Shown: positions 28,640 through 43,586 of the stretch, one piece after another
How positions within the stretch are numbered: position 1 is the stretch's first letter
Layout: every line of letters begins with the position of its first letter
Assembly (NCBI GenBank): GCA_964016885.1
Contig: OZ024744.1
Span: forward strand, 46,624,001-46,688,000
Origin: Eledone cirrhosa
Lineage: Eukaryota
Length of the DNA: 64,000 nt
Direction of reading: 5' to 3'
Notes under the pieces: model-generated
Told to the model about the DNA's origin: nothing
Database searches by the model: none
Seen by the model: only the letters and a program-made list of their open reading frames with translations
Position numbers and translations under genes: made by a program

Positions 28640-29580
28640 TGGTATTTGTAAGAAAGAAGGCTAAATTATGCATTTTAACATAAGTAGACTATTAATTATA
28701 GGTTAAATAAAGTAAAAATAGTTAATATATTAATTTCTAAGGTGTATACTACTTAGGTTTATAATATATAAAGCGGAATTTTGAAGTTAAACAGTAGTAG
28801 AGTATTAATTATAGCATAACTAAATTAAAAATATTAACATGATGGTATCAATTTTAGGAAATGAATTTTGTAATAAGGAAAGCCAAATCAAGTATTTCAT
28901 CGGTAGTAGAATATTAATTATAGGTTAACTAAATTAAAAATGATATATTAATTTCTATAGTATATGTTAATTAGGTTTATAATAATTAAAGCAACATTTT
29001 GTATTTTATCTATAGTAGAATATAATTATAGGTTAACTAAATTAAAATTAATCTATATATTTATTTGTAAAGAATATATTAATTAGGTATATATTTAAAA
29101 GTTTTTCTCAGTTTATGATTACATGATATTCTGCAATCCATCTGTATTAGAATTTTAATTTTAAGCTAACTAAATTAAAATTATAGGTTAACTAAATTAA
29201 AATTAATTTATAAATTAATTTCTAAATTGTATATTAATTAGGTTTATAATATTAAAAAGTATTTCTCTGTTATTGATTACACGATATTTTGTTATATTTC
29301 ATCTGTAAAGGAATTTTAATAAAAGGTTAAATAAACTAAAATTAATCTATATATTAATTTCCAAAGTATATATTAATTATGTTAATAATATTTAAAAGTT
29401 TTTCACAGTTTATGATTACACTATATTTTTTAATTTCATCTGTAGTAGAATTTTAATTAAATTAAAATTATAGGTTAACTACATTTAAATTAATTTATAT
29501 ATTAATTTCTAAAATATATATTATTAATTAGGTTTATAATATTTAAATGTTTTTCTCAGTTTATGATTACACGATATAAT
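28640..29580 (-). repeat. Degenerate tandem repeat (about 110-155 bp unit) derived from the PLE ORF 3' end
   Basis: TTAATTAGGTTTATAAT..TTTCTCAGTTTATGATTAC-like units near 29525, 29375, 29235, 29080, 28970 and 28750. Confidence 0.75.
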
Positions 29581-31448
29581 TAATTCCTGTCGCTTATTTA
29601 ATAGGATATCCTTAGATTTCATTATTTCAAATAGTTCTTGGGAACACAATCTACATTCATTTCTATTATTTTGATAAGGGGTGGCTCTTTTGAGCACACT
29701 CCAGGTCATATCATATTCTATATTCTTATTTCTATAACTATTAATTTTTTCTGCTAGAGATGTTGTATTAGCCAGTGCGGCATTTTTAAAACTATGTTTG
29801 TGGGTATTAAACCTTACCTTAAAATTGTTAGAAGTAGCTCCTATATATGAGCAAATAGAATCTTTAGTTTTAACTTTACATTTATAAACTATGTTGTTAA
29901 CAAGACAATTTCCTTTTAATGGGCAGTTTGCTTTGTTTCTACAGTTACAACCTTTCGTTAATTCTGTATTTCAGGAGATATTATGGTTAGTTTGATGTAT
30001 TGGTGGTATACTTATGGTTTTTTTACATTTATATGCATTATAGGCACTTATATTTTGTTTTATGTTTTTGGTTGTTGAGTATGAGAATTTAACTGTTGAT
30101 CTATTTAAGATTTGATGGTATTTGTGGTTTGGCGGGAAGTTTTTCTCTAGGATATTAAAAAATTTTTTAGCAATATTATCCTTAATTTGTAAATTAAATG
30201 GAGCATTATACCAATAACTCGTCTATTACGGTTTCTATGTTGTTTATTGTTTTTATAGGATGCATCGTGATGTTTACTAGGAGGATTAATGTTAATGACC
30301 TCACCACGCACATTTTTAGTTAGATTTATTGATTTAGGTGTTTTAGCTTGTTTATTAGGAGTTTTATTATTAACATTTATTAGAGTTGTATGATGAGTAG
30401 TTTTTTGAGAGTTACTATACTTTTATATTAGAGGAGTTAGAGAAATTTGGTTTTATGTTGGTATTTTGGGGTATAGTGTGAGTGGCATTTACGTGTGTAC
30501 TTTTCATTTGGTGTTTGTTGGTAATGTTAGGTTGTATGTTTATAGTGTTATTAGTAGAAGGTATATATTCCAATCTATTTTTGTGGCCACTTCTATCTAG
30601 AGCTTCGTTATAGAAGGTCGCATTTTTATCAAATACATCTTGGTTAGACGAAAGGTTAGAAATTCTAAGTGATATATTATATGCAAGGTTTTTAAGGATA
30701 TATTTAGGGTGATTAGATTGTGAGTGTATGTAGTATAAGTTTTGGTTGGGTTTATGGTAAGGTTGGTAGATACCCGTAGCTTAGTCTAAAGTTATATCTA
30801 GGAAATTAACTACTTGTGTTTTCAAAAGTAATATGAAGACTATAATAGTCTTTAAGGAAAGTTCTAATAAGCTTTTTGTTTTTTTCTATTTCTGAGAGGC
30901 TAAGGTTGTTGGAAAGAAGAAGACAGTCATCACGATATAAACCACCTTTAAGGTGGGGAAAGGAAGCATTTATGTTAAAAAGAAGAAAGAGGCCCACAAG
31001 ATCAGTAATTTGGGCAGAATCGCTTGAACCCATAGTAATATCAAATAGATTACTATATGTGTTTCTGGTCCAGTATTCATTCTGAAATTCAATAAGTGTT
31101 AGTCTAGCATGTGTAATAATATTAATGTCATCCAAAGTTAAGTTAGATCTATTTTTAGCAAATATCAAAGCTTTGTTCAGGAGTATAGGTGATATAGAAG
31201 AATAGTAAATATCTATATCAAATTGTAGAAATGAAGCAGAAGATTTACATCTAATATTTTTAAACCAGTTAATTACTTGGGAAGTGCTTTCCCAGAGTGG
31301 TAAATTAACATGTTTTCTTATTTGTGGGATGACTCTATCCAAAATTTTTTTGCTAATTATTCCAATATCAGATTTGGAGGGACATATAAGTCTTATAGAA
31401 GGATTTGAGTTAAAGTTTGATTTATGATCTTTCGGGTTGAAGTGTGGT

Positions 31449-31620
<172 letters not shown>

Positions 31621-31766
31621 TATGCTTTTGTGTGCGTGTTTTGTGTGTGTGTTTGCATGTGTAGTTTTATTTTATTTTTCCTTTCCTTCTTCCTTCTCCA
31701 GCCTCACTTTCATATAGATTGCATTTTTGTTTTTAAAATCCAAATTCAATAAACAGACCAGGATTT

Positions 31767-31826
31767 TTTCATTCTGAGGATTGAAAGCAAAATCTTTTGC
31801 TTTTAAGAAACCACTGGTAAATGGAA
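31767..31826 (+). ncRNA. Type I hammerhead ribozyme motif
   Basis: TTTCATT CTGAGGA TTGAAAGCAAAA-tc-TTTTGCTTTTAA GAA ACCA-c-TGGT A AATGGAA. Confidence 0.8.
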
Positions 31827-31855
31827 TAATTGCCTTATGTTGTTTATTACAAAAC

Positions 31856-31971
<116 letters not shown>

Positions 31972-31996
31972 TATATGTATTTATATATATATGTAA

Positions 31997-32065
<69 letters not shown>

Positions 32066-32120
32066 ATATATATATGTATATATATATATATAATGTATAA
32101 AAATCAATACAAAATAATTA

Positions 32121-32190
32121 CCTCATTACCAGAGGTTTCCCGAATAAGACGAATACGAAAGAGACGTCTTCATTCGTTCGTTGGACGAGG
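32121..32190 (-). ncRNA. Hammerhead motif of the C4 class, probably inactivated (G5 to A)
   Basis: CCTCGT CCAACGA A CGAATGAAGACG..CGTCTTATTCG G GAA ACC-tct-GGT A ATGAGG. Confidence 0.55.
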
Positions 32191-33097
32191 CAATATAAAA
32201 CATAGATAAATATTTTGAAAGTCTCCTCAAGAAATGCAAGAAAAACTATATATCTATAGATGAAGGTAATACAATAGACATATAAAATATAAAATATATA
32301 AAAAAATATTTTAAGAAATATATTTAGGTGTGTGTATATGTATGTATATACACTCACAGATATACATATATATATATATGTACACATGCGTGTGTATAGT
32401 GAAAATGTGTGCGTAAATATACGTATATATGTAACGATAGACACACCCATGATATGAGTGTCTGTTTGACAGGTATAGAGAGAAAACAGGGTGTTAGATA
32501 CATTATAAGAATATGAAGGCACGCGTATAAACACCCACGCACGCGCGTACACTTATATGCGGAAGAAAAAGAGGTAAGGGAATGTAATAGTAAAAAGAAA
32601 GTATCAATCTCGATATAATTATAAAAATGGAACAATAAATTTGTAAAGTAAAGAAAAGAAAACAAACAAGGTACACGTGTACATACATATATCTAAAAGA
32701 AACATATATCTATAATATATATATATATATATACACACGCAAAAGGTGCAGACAAAAGCGTATGCAAACGTACATACACACATAGGATGCACATATATAT
32801 ATATACATATACATCGCCCCGTGTATATCTAATACGCATACGTACGCGACTGTATACGCACACAACACATACACACACATAAATAAATATATATATATAT
32901 ATATATATATACACGCACACATACACATCCATATATGCAGTACGTACACACTCACACACACAGACATAAATACATTCACGCACGTGACCCGCTAACATGC
33001 ACACACATAAAAATAAGAATGTACAAAAACATGGATGTAAAGATACAGATATAAAAACACACATACAAACATATATATATATATATATTCCTTACAC

Positions 33098-33140
<43 letters not shown>

Positions 33141-33274
33141 GCACGCGCGCGTACATACGGAGGCGTTCGTGTACATATACAGAAAGTATACACACGTAAA
33201 GACGCTCAGACACATAGAGACAAGGTGTAAAAACAGCCTTGTGAATGAGTGAGTGCAAATATAAAAATATAAAA

Positions 33275-35203
33275 ATATAAAAATTTATAAAACTGGCTGC
33301 GAAATAACAGAAAATATCTGCAGTGGAAAACGCAAGTGACTAATGTAATCAGGTAGTGAAGAAAATAGGGAAGTAAAAAAATGTTCACCAGTTGCCCACA
33401 TGAAATCACACCTAAAATCATGGGTGAGATATTGCAGAAACAATACTGCTCTGTTTTCAGCAATCCTGATATGGCCGATCTGGCTGTATCGGCGATGTTA
33501 CTCCCCACTACACCTTATCGGACATAATGTTTGGCGCCCCTGATGTCTTAGCGGCAATAAAGGAAATCAAGCATAATTCAGAAGTAGGTCCCGATAGGTT
33601 CCCTGCTTGTGTCTTGAAAGCGTGTCAACACCAAGTTGCATCTCCTCTTGCCAATCTGTGGCGGAACTCACTGGATGCTGGATATGTGCCAGAAAACCTT
33701 CTATCCCAGTCTGTTGTCCCAGTTTTAAAAAAAGGAAACAAATCCCTTGCCGTGAATTACCGTCCAATCTCACTCACCTCTCATATCATTAGGGTATTTG
33801 AGAGAGTGGTGAGATAGCGAATGACTCACTTCCTTGAGAGTAACAATATGCTGAACTCCAACCAGCATGGATTCCGTAATGGAAGGGATTGCCATACGCA
33901 GCTACTGCATCACTTTGATGACATTTTGAGAGCCTTGGGAGAGGGTTCCAACACTGATGTTATCTACCTTGATTTCAGCAAGGCTTTGACAGGGTTGATC
34001 ACAACATTCTACTGAGAAAACTATCCAATATTGGTGTCACTGGAAAGCTGCTGCAGTGGATCAAGAGCTTCCTGTCAAAGAGAACCCAACATCTTGTAGT
34101 CGAAGGAGTCAAATCCAGCCCAGCCAAAGTCAGTAGTGGGGTCCCACAAGTCACTGTGTTGGGCCCCCTTTTCTTCATCATCTATATTAATGACATCAGT
34201 GACATCATCAAACACAGCAACATTAGAATTTTCGCTGATGATTCCAAGCTCCAAAAGGTCATCAATGGCGTGGATGACCGGATAAGCCTTCAGTCAGACC
34301 TACTGGCTGTTACCCAATGGGCGGAAAAGAACAACATGTTACTGAACAAAGACAAATTCGAACTGATCCACTTTGGAAAAGAGGATACTCTGAAACTCCC
34401 ATACTCCCTTCCCTCCGGTGAAACTCTCGTGGCATCTAACAACATCAGAGACTTGGGAGTGACCGTGGACAGCAACATAAGCTGGGCCACGCATATAAGC
34501 AACAAGTTTACATGGCCCGCAGAATGTGTTCCTGGATCCTCAGAACCTTCCAATCGAGAGATTCCCACACCATTATCCTTCTCTTCTCCACTTTTGCCCG
34601 ACCACACCTTGAATACTGTTGTCCACTGTGGTCTCCCCACACGAAATAAAGTATCATGAAACTTGAAGCTCCCCAAAGGACCATAACGAAAAAGATATAT
34701 GGCATGTCAGACCTTGACAACTGGGGTCGACTAGAAAGGCTGAAACTTTACTCACTCCAACGTCGCTGTGAGCGTTATAATATCTGCATGATGTGGAAAA
34801 TGTTTCATCAGCACTGCCCAAATGATGTTGGCACCACCTTCAAAATACACCGAAGGATTGGGCCCCGTGCTATCCGTCCCAAACAAAAATCTAAATCGCA
34901 ACTCATAACAACAATACGGCACAATTATTTCACCTCAATTGGCCCTGCTCTCTTCAACATCACACCAGGACACGTCAAAACAGAAACTGACCACACAAAA
35001 TTCAAGAAGTCTTTGGACAAATTCCCCCAAGTAATCCCGGACAAACCACCCACACCCGGATATGTCTCCGCAAACAGTAATTCTCTTCTCGAATGGGCCA
35101 TGGTGCCCAAATCCTGAATTGAAAGACTTCGCCAGGTGGTGCTACTAAGTTAGACATGGCCTAGGCCAATACTGGCCAGAACATTTCAAAGTTATTCAAA
35201 GTT

Positions 35204-35204
<1 letters not shown>
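33275..35204 (+). mobile_element. CR1-like LINE, 5'-truncated and disrupted
   Basis: NYRPISLTS, QHGFR, IYLDFSKA, FADDSK, YSLQRR motifs across frameshifts. 3' tail (TTCAAAGTTA)2. Confidence 0.9.
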
Positions 35205-35256
<52 letters not shown>

Positions 35257-35343
35257 TACACACACACATATATATATATATAACATATATATATACCTAT
35301 ATATATATAACACATATATATATATACCTATATACATATAACA

Positions 35344-35509
<166 letters not shown>

Positions 35510-35568
35510 TATAAAAATACATATATATATAGATAAATCTACCAAAAGTTTACGGTAGTGTCTAATCC

Positions 35569-35640
<72 letters not shown>

Positions 35641-35778
35641 AGTGTAATTTACTACACAAAACGAAGGTTATAGAGAAAATTGAGGTTGGTAATGGCACAT
35701 GGAATATATAAGAGACAGAATACTTTTTTGTGAAAAAACATATAATTTTATAAGGTAAGGAAATAATAAAGGGTATAA

Positions 35779-35827
35779 AAAATGACCGGTTTCGATGAGT
35801 CTGCAAAAGCCATCTTTTCAAATGTTG
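35779..35827 (-). ncRNA. Hammerhead-like motif, U3:A8 variant
   Basis: TTGAAAA GATG..CATC GAA AC-cg-GT C. Stem I is weak. Confidence 0.5.
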
Positions 35828-36187
35828 ATTAATATTAAGAAAAATTAATAATAAGAAGAGTTAAAATTTGAGATTTGAAAATTCAAGTATAAAATTCATT
35901 GTGGGATTTCATAGTAGTTTTCATCTTGGTAGCAGCTAGTTGACTGCTGTGTCCCTTTCTGGTAGTGAATGAGAAGTTATTTGGGGGTGTGGGTTATTTT
36001 ATAAAGGTCAGATTTAGCAATGGCCAGATGGCCAGCTGCTGGTCAGTGAGGGGGTGGAAGCAATATACATACATATATCTCCCTGTGGTCGGTAGGAGAG
36101 GGGAGATTGATAGAAGGGATTTAGTGCACTTACACCTATATATACACACATACCTTCATCCACACATACATACATATACATATACAA

Positions 36188-36282
<95 letters not shown>

Positions 36283-36409
36283 CACACATACATACACACA
36301 CACACATACATATACATACACACATACACACACACATATATGCACATACACACATATATATATACACACATATATATACATACACATACATCCAGATACA
36401 CACATACAT

Positions 36410-36449
<40 letters not shown>

Positions 36450-36507
36450 GTGTGTACATACACATATATACACACATATACATACACATATATATACACA
36501 CACCCAC

Positions 36508-36552
<45 letters not shown>

Positions 36553-37269
36553 ATATATATATATATATGTACATACACATATATACATACATATACATAC
36601 ACGTATATATACACACACCCACACATACATACACACACACACATATATATACATACACACATACAAACACACACACACACACATATATACACATACACAC
36701 ACATATATATATACACACACACACATATATATACATACACATACGCATACATCCAGATACACACATACATACACACACACACACACGCACACAATACATA
36801 CATCCACATGCACACACATACACACACACACACATATACACATACATACACCCACACACAGAAAAATGGCCTCCAAATATATATATATACATACATACAC
36901 ATATATTTTTTCCATAATATAAGAAGTTAGGACAGTGAAATTAAAATACAAGTCATTCTGATCACATTGAGTTCTTCATGTAGATTGGGCCCCGCAACCG
37001 ACAGTGGTGAATTCTGTGTGCGCATATATATATAGATATATGTGTGTGCACGTGCAGGGTTTAACATGGATGTGTTGGTCACATGGTGGTTTGGGGTATA
37101 TCCTGTTTTTTTGTCAGAATGGTGAGTTTTCCATTTATCTCTTTTACAAAAAAGTATTCTGTCTCTTATATATTCCATGTACCATTACCAACCTCAATTT
37201 TCTCTATAACCTTCGTTTTGTGTAGTAAATTACACTTTTCATATATACTAACCTACGCAAATCCGGAAA

Positions 37270-38482
37270 ATGGCACTGGAACAAGACAACACAACTTCAA
37301 ACTCCAATATAAATGAGGAAATCCTGAAAATCCTAAAAGAGATAAATGGAAAACTCACCATTCTGACAAAAAAAACAGGATATACCCCAAACCACCACAC
37401 CGACTGACAACCAAATTTATTTAAACGTTCAAAACGTATGCAACTCCATCGAAAAACTTATGAATACCAACACAGAACAGACGACATTGCTCCATATCAA
37501 AAACCAAATGGGACACCTCTGGAAAAAACATCTAAAATCCAGAAAATTCACTTTCTGGAATATGATAAAAAACCTCAACAAAGCTGGAATTTACCAAAAA
37601 TGGATTAACTCAACACCGATAGTTTTACCAGGTAAATTCCAAATAAAGCATATTACAAACGAACCTGAACCAGAAAGAAAACCCCGTGAACAAATGTCAC
37701 TCAACAGGATAAACATGGAAATAGAACTCCTAAAATTAAGGGCCACCTCCAACGAGCAAGAGTATAAGGATACTGATAAAAATATGGAGGACGAATGCAC
37801 TAAAAAGGCCGAGGGAACAACCCTACAAAATTTAATCAAATCGTGGAAACAGGACTGCGAGAATGCAGAAATTATTTCCCTTAAACGGTGGGAAAAATTC
37901 GAAAACTGGTTCCTCAAATATGAAGAAGACTTTAAAAGGACGCACCAAACAGGTAACCCCTTTATAAAACATTTGAACATAACAAGAACTACAACAGACA
38001 CATTTACACCACGAAACCCAACACACACTAACCACAGGCACATCCCCCACCAACACAAACCAAATACGGCCAACTACACCAAAAGAAACACACCCAACCA
38101 CCACAACACAGGTTTCCGTAGAAATGCCCCCTACATAAACCAACGACGAAATAACATAGATCCAACTCACAACACACACACCACATTCCTCAGAAGAAAT
38201 CCACCCAGACCACTTGAAATCACAACAGAACTTACCCACAACCACACCAGACATCACCCTCAATCCAACAAAAGACAACCCCCCCCCCCAACCTCAACAC
38301 TCTGTACCACAGAAATAACGCACCCAGACCACATGAACCAACAACAGAACCCTTGCTCATCAACAACCACAACACATACCACCCCCACCATTACATTCAC
38401 CCTCATGAAACAACAAGCTACAGACCCACACGCAACAGACCAACAAAATATAATCACACACAAAACTACATTCCTTTTTTAG
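37270..38482 (+). pseudogene. Upstream (ORF1-like, helical/low-complexity) reading frame of the Neptune-like PLE
   Basis: ATG at 37270 (MALEQDN...), frameshift, then the 340-aa ORF 37460-38482. No recognisable domain. Confidence 0.55.
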
Positions 38483-40794
38483 GGAAAAGCCTGAAATACC
38501 AGGATACTCGATGCCCCCCCCCCCCCCCTCAGGAGAAACCAAAAATAATCAACCTCTCAAAGACACCTCTAACCAACACACAAATCAACATTTTAAGTAA
38601 GGGCCTGAAATTTACACCTACACCACGTAAACCAAACTTCCCCGAATTGAAGGATGACATCATGGAATACTGCCGAAAGCTGCGACTAACGGAATTCTTC
38701 CACAACGACACCAACACTGAAGACGAATCACTGGTTAGAAATAAAAGCAATTTCTGCCCACAAAAGGGAAGAAATAAAGCACTGGACACGTACTGCGAAC
38801 ACATCACCAACTTTCCCTATGAAAAAATTACAAATAAACACACGAAATCAAACCTATCTACACACGAATGGGAAGAATTATTCACACTTAGAAACAACCC
38901 TGAGATAACTATCAAAGAAGCCGATAAAGGCAGTACTGTTGTCATTATGAATACGGACTACTATAGGACCCTCGCACTTAACATTTTAGAAAACAACACA
39001 TACTATGAAAAAACAGAAAACTACAAACACACCAAAACAATGGGGAACCTTTTGACCTTACTGAATAAATACCGCAACAGCTTAACCACAAAAGAGTTTA
39101 ACTATATAAGCCACTTCAAATGCAATACAAGCTCTTTTTACGGCTTACCGAAACTCCACAAATGTAAACCCATAAACGATGCATGTGACACCTCAACCAA
39201 CAATTACATTGAACTAACACCACCAGAAGACCTAAAACTCAGGCCAATTATAGCAGGCCCTACATGTGAAACCCACAGACTTAGCAACTTTCTGGACATC
39301 CTACTGAAACCCTTTCTACAACATATTTAAGAGCTACATACGAGATGACCTTGACATGCTGAAACACCTCCCTAAAACAGTAAGTGCAAATACAATTCTT
39401 GTCTCCTTTGACGTAATAAACCTCTACACAAACATACCCCACAACTATGGAATAACAGCAGTCCAATACTGGCTTAACACACACCCATCAGAAATACCGA
39501 TACGCATCAACAAAGATTTTATCACTGACGGACTCCGCTTTATCCTACAAAATAACTACTTCACATTCAATGGTTCAACATACAGACAAGTATCAGGTAC
39601 GGCAATGGGCACGAAAGTAGCACCCACATATGCCAACCTAGTCATGGGATTCTATGAACAACAAATATACATCAGTCCCTTCTCTTATTTGGAGACTCTT
39701 TCCACACACACCTCAAAGCCAATTGGAAAAGATATCTAGACGACTGCTTTATCCTATGGCAAGAAGACATGAACTCACTTACTATGTTTAAAAACATGAT
39801 AAACAACATAGATAATAACATACAATTCACAATGGAATCCAATCCTAAGGAATTAGCCTTCTTGGATATTCTCATCTCTGTAATAGACGGGAAATTAGAT
39901 ACAGATATATTCTATAAACCCACAGATTCCAAGCAATACCTCTTTTTCACATCAAGTCACCCAAAACATGCAAAACTTAACATTCCTTACGATTTGGCCA
40001 AACGTATATGTACCATAGTATCAGATCCACCTAAACGGGAGCAAAGACTAAAGGAACTAAAAGACACCCTTATCTTAAGAGCCTTTCCACTTGAAATAAT
40101 CAACAATGGAATTGACAGGGCAAAACACCTAAATCCCCATCAACTTAACAATCCAAAACAAAAAACCACACTCAACACCCTGCCATATGTATCCACTTTC
40201 AACCCCAGAAATACCGAAATGTTTGATCACCTACACAAAAACCTCCCCATCCTACTTAAAGATGTAAAAATGAAGTCTATTCTTGAAACACACAAGATCC
40301 TTAAAAGTAAAAGACAACCCAAATCACTAAAACGCATTCTCACTGGACCAAATATACCCAAACCAATCCTCAACCCTACAGTTACCAAATGTGGTAGAAC
40401 AAACTGTGGAACGTGCCTCTACCTCACTGAAGGACAAAAATTTACATTTAAAGATGGCCAAACATTTACAGTAAAAAACAATTTCACCTGCAACTCGGAG
40501 AACTTGATTTACGCAATAACTTGCGGTGGGTGCAAACACAACTACATAGGACAGACGGGCGCCTCATTACGCAAAAGAATGACCATCCACCGCCAACAAA
40601 TCCGGGACGCTAACACAAGAAAAATCCCCTTGAGCAGCCATATTGCGAACTGCGCAGGAATGACACTACCCAACTTTAAAATCTTCCCCTTCTACAAGTG
40701 CTCAGATTCGTTCACACAGCAACAAAGAATAAACAAAGAAAATCTATTCCTTAACAAATTTAAACCAAAACTAAACGGGTTATCACCCCAATAG
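38353..40794 (+). pseudogene. Neptune-like PLE RT + GIY-YIG endonuclease, frameshifted
   Basis: LSKGLKFTP, KEADKG, FYGLPKLHK, RPIIAG, GTAMGTKVAPTYANL, RYLDD, KCGRTNCGTC, LIYAITC..YIGQT. Two frameshifts (about 39330 and 39680). Confidence 0.92.
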
Positions 40795-41234
40795 AATTGT
40801 CATAAAATATAAACACACATACGCACGGAGTGACAGATATATGTGTTTGTATGTGTGCATGTATATAATTATCACTACTATTAAAGACCAGAGACCAATT
40901 CTGTAGAATCAGGTTTATTCGTTGACAGACCATGCCTTTGTGTGACCAACACATCCATGTTAAACCCTGCACGTGCACACACATATATCTCTATATATAT
41001 GCGCACACAGAATTCACCACTGTCGGTTGCGGGGCCCAATCTACATGAAGAACTCAATGTGATCAGAATGACTTGTATTTTAATTTCACTGTCCTAACTT
41101 CTTATATTATGGAAAAAATTTATGTGTATGTATGTATATATATATATTTGGAGGCCATTTTTCTGTGTGTGGGTGTATGTATGTGTATATGTGTGTCTGT
41201 GTGTGTGTATGTGTGTGCATGTGGATGTATGTAT

Positions 41235-41279
<45 letters not shown>

Positions 41280-41415
41280 GTGTGTGTATGTGTATATATG
41301 TGTGTGTGTGTGTGTTTGTATGTGTGTATGTATATATATGTGTGTGTGTGTATGTATGTGTGGGTGGGTGTATATATATGTGTATGTATATGTGTGTATA
41401 TATGTGTATGTACAC

Positions 41416-41461
<46 letters not shown>

Positions 41462-41976
41462 GTGTATCTGGATGTATGTGTATGTATATATATGTGTGTG
41501 TGTGTATATATATATGTGTGTGTATGTGCATATATGTGTGTGTGTATGTATATGTATGTGTGTGTGTGTATGTATGTGTGTATATGTATATATATATATA
41601 TATATATATGTGTGTATGTATATGTATATGTATGTATGTGTGGATGAAGGTATGTGTGTATATATAGGTGTAAGTGCACTAAATCCCTTTCTATCAATCT
41701 CCCCTCTCCTACCGACCACAGGGAGATATATGTATGTATATTGCTTCCACCCCCTCACTGACCAGCAGCTGGCCATCTGGCCATTGCTAAATCTGACCTT
41801 TATAAAATAACCCACACCCCCAAATAACTTCTCATTTACTACCAGAAAGGCACACAGCAGTCAACTAGCTGCTACCAAGATAAAAACTACTATGAAATCC
41901 CACAATGAATTTTATACTTGAATTTTCAAATCTCAAATTTTAACTCTTCTTATTATTAATTTTTCATAATATTAAT

Positions 41977-42025
41977 CAACATTTGAAAAGATGGCTTTTG
42001 CAGACCCATCGAAACGGGTTATTTT
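41977..42025 (+). ncRNA. Hammerhead-like motif, U3:A8 variant
   Basis: TTGAAAA GATGG..CCATC GAA AC-gg-GT T, in the PLE 3' terminal repeat. Confidence 0.45.
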
Positions 42026-42163
42026 TTATACCCTTTATTATTTCCTTACCTTATAAAATTATATGTTTTTTCACAAAAAAGTATTCTGTCTCTTATATAT
42101 TCCATGTGCCATTACCAACCTCAATTTTCTCTATAACCTTCGTTTTGTGTAGTAAATTACACT

Positions 42164-42228
<65 letters not shown>

Positions 42229-42270
42229 CATATATATACCTATATACATATAACATATATATATATACAC

Positions 42271-42303
<33 letters not shown>

Positions 42304-42529
42304 CAGATTAGAGAAAACATCACGGGCGCTCTATCTCAAAATTATTTTTGAAAAGCATTAGAAATGCGCAACCGATAAAAACTTAAAACCAAAACTGAAT
42401 ACTAACCAATACTTATTACTAATATTTACTTATTCCTAATTAAACTATTTTTCACTGGGGACAATTTGTCAGCATTTTCTTATCCTTTTACCAATATATA
42501 TATATATACACACATATATATATTTTATG

Positions 42530-42577
<48 letters not shown>

Positions 42578-42851
42578 TAAAACATGTCTATAGAATCACT
42601 AGATAAAATATATACCGTTTCCTCTCCCAATTAGCATAATTAACCATATACAAATCAATTAGACCAAGTTATAAGAATAAAGGCTCCTATGAAGAAATCT
42701 CCGACAAATAACTGAAAGCAACCCCTTCGCGGTGGTTACGACGGAGTATTTATCGAGTATTTCGACAGCATGTATAAATCGACCAGATATACAGTAATCT
42801 AAACAGAATTAGGTGTAAAATAAACTAGAAGAAATGTGTACACATTTAATT

Positions 42852-42929
42852 ACCTCTAGCATGGTTTCGTCCGCATTTTAAGACATCCGATAACATAGAA
42901 TATCTAGAGTTTCGGATTCATCAGGAAGT
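42852..42929 (-). ncRNA. Hammerhead motif with an extra hairpin between A9 and stem II (cleavage triplet mutated)
   Basis: ACTTC CTGATGA [ATCCGA..TCGGAT][GTC..GAC] GAA AC-catg-CT A GAGGT. Confidence 0.55.
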
Positions 42930-43508
42930 TAGCTCAAATTTACACAATTAATTTTCCAAAGTGATCGCGCCAAGAATACATTCAAAACTTGGCTAAGAAT
43001 CGTGACGTGGCAGCGGTCAAGTTAGAAAGGATGTGATTAGTTGCTTACGGCTAGTAGGCTTAATGCTAGAAAGCGCAGCCCAATACAGCCAAATTGTATC
43101 TCAACCTAACGGGAGATTATTACATATAAAGGTTTACATATATATATAAAGTCATAGATATATATGTGTTTTGCAACGGGTCACTTTGTGGCTCAATGAA
43201 GAATTAATAAATTAAATAATCAGAACTATATATCATAAAACATGTCTATAGAATCACTATTTAAAATATATACCGTTTCCTATCCCAATTAGCATAATTA
43301 ACCATATACAAATCAATTAGACTAAGTTATAAGAATAAAGGCGCCTATGAAGAAATCTCCGACAAATAACCGAAAGCAGGCACTTCGCGGTGGTTACGAC
43401 GGAGTATTTATCGAACATTTCTACAGCATGTATAAACGACCAGATATACAGTCAACTAAACAGAATTAGGTGTAAAATAAACTAGAAGAAATGTGTACAT
43501 ATTTAAAT

Positions 43509-43586
43509 ACCTCTACCATGGTTTCGTCCGCATTTTAAGACATCCGATAACATAGGATATCTAGAGCTTCGGATTCATCAGAAAGT
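43509..43586 (-). ncRNA. Hammerhead motif with an extra hairpin between A9 and stem II
   Basis: ACTTT CTGATGA [ATCCGA..TCGGAT][GTC..GAC] GAA AC-catg-GT A GAGGT. Confidence 0.68.

Larger units (their letters stand above)
35636..42170 (+). mobile_element. Near full-length Neptune-like PLE with inverted and direct terminal-repeat copies
   Basis: 35636-37083 is an inverted copy of 40941-42168. 37147-37243 is a direct copy of 42073-42170. 37084-37146 is an inverted copy of 37334-37396. Confidence 0.9.
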
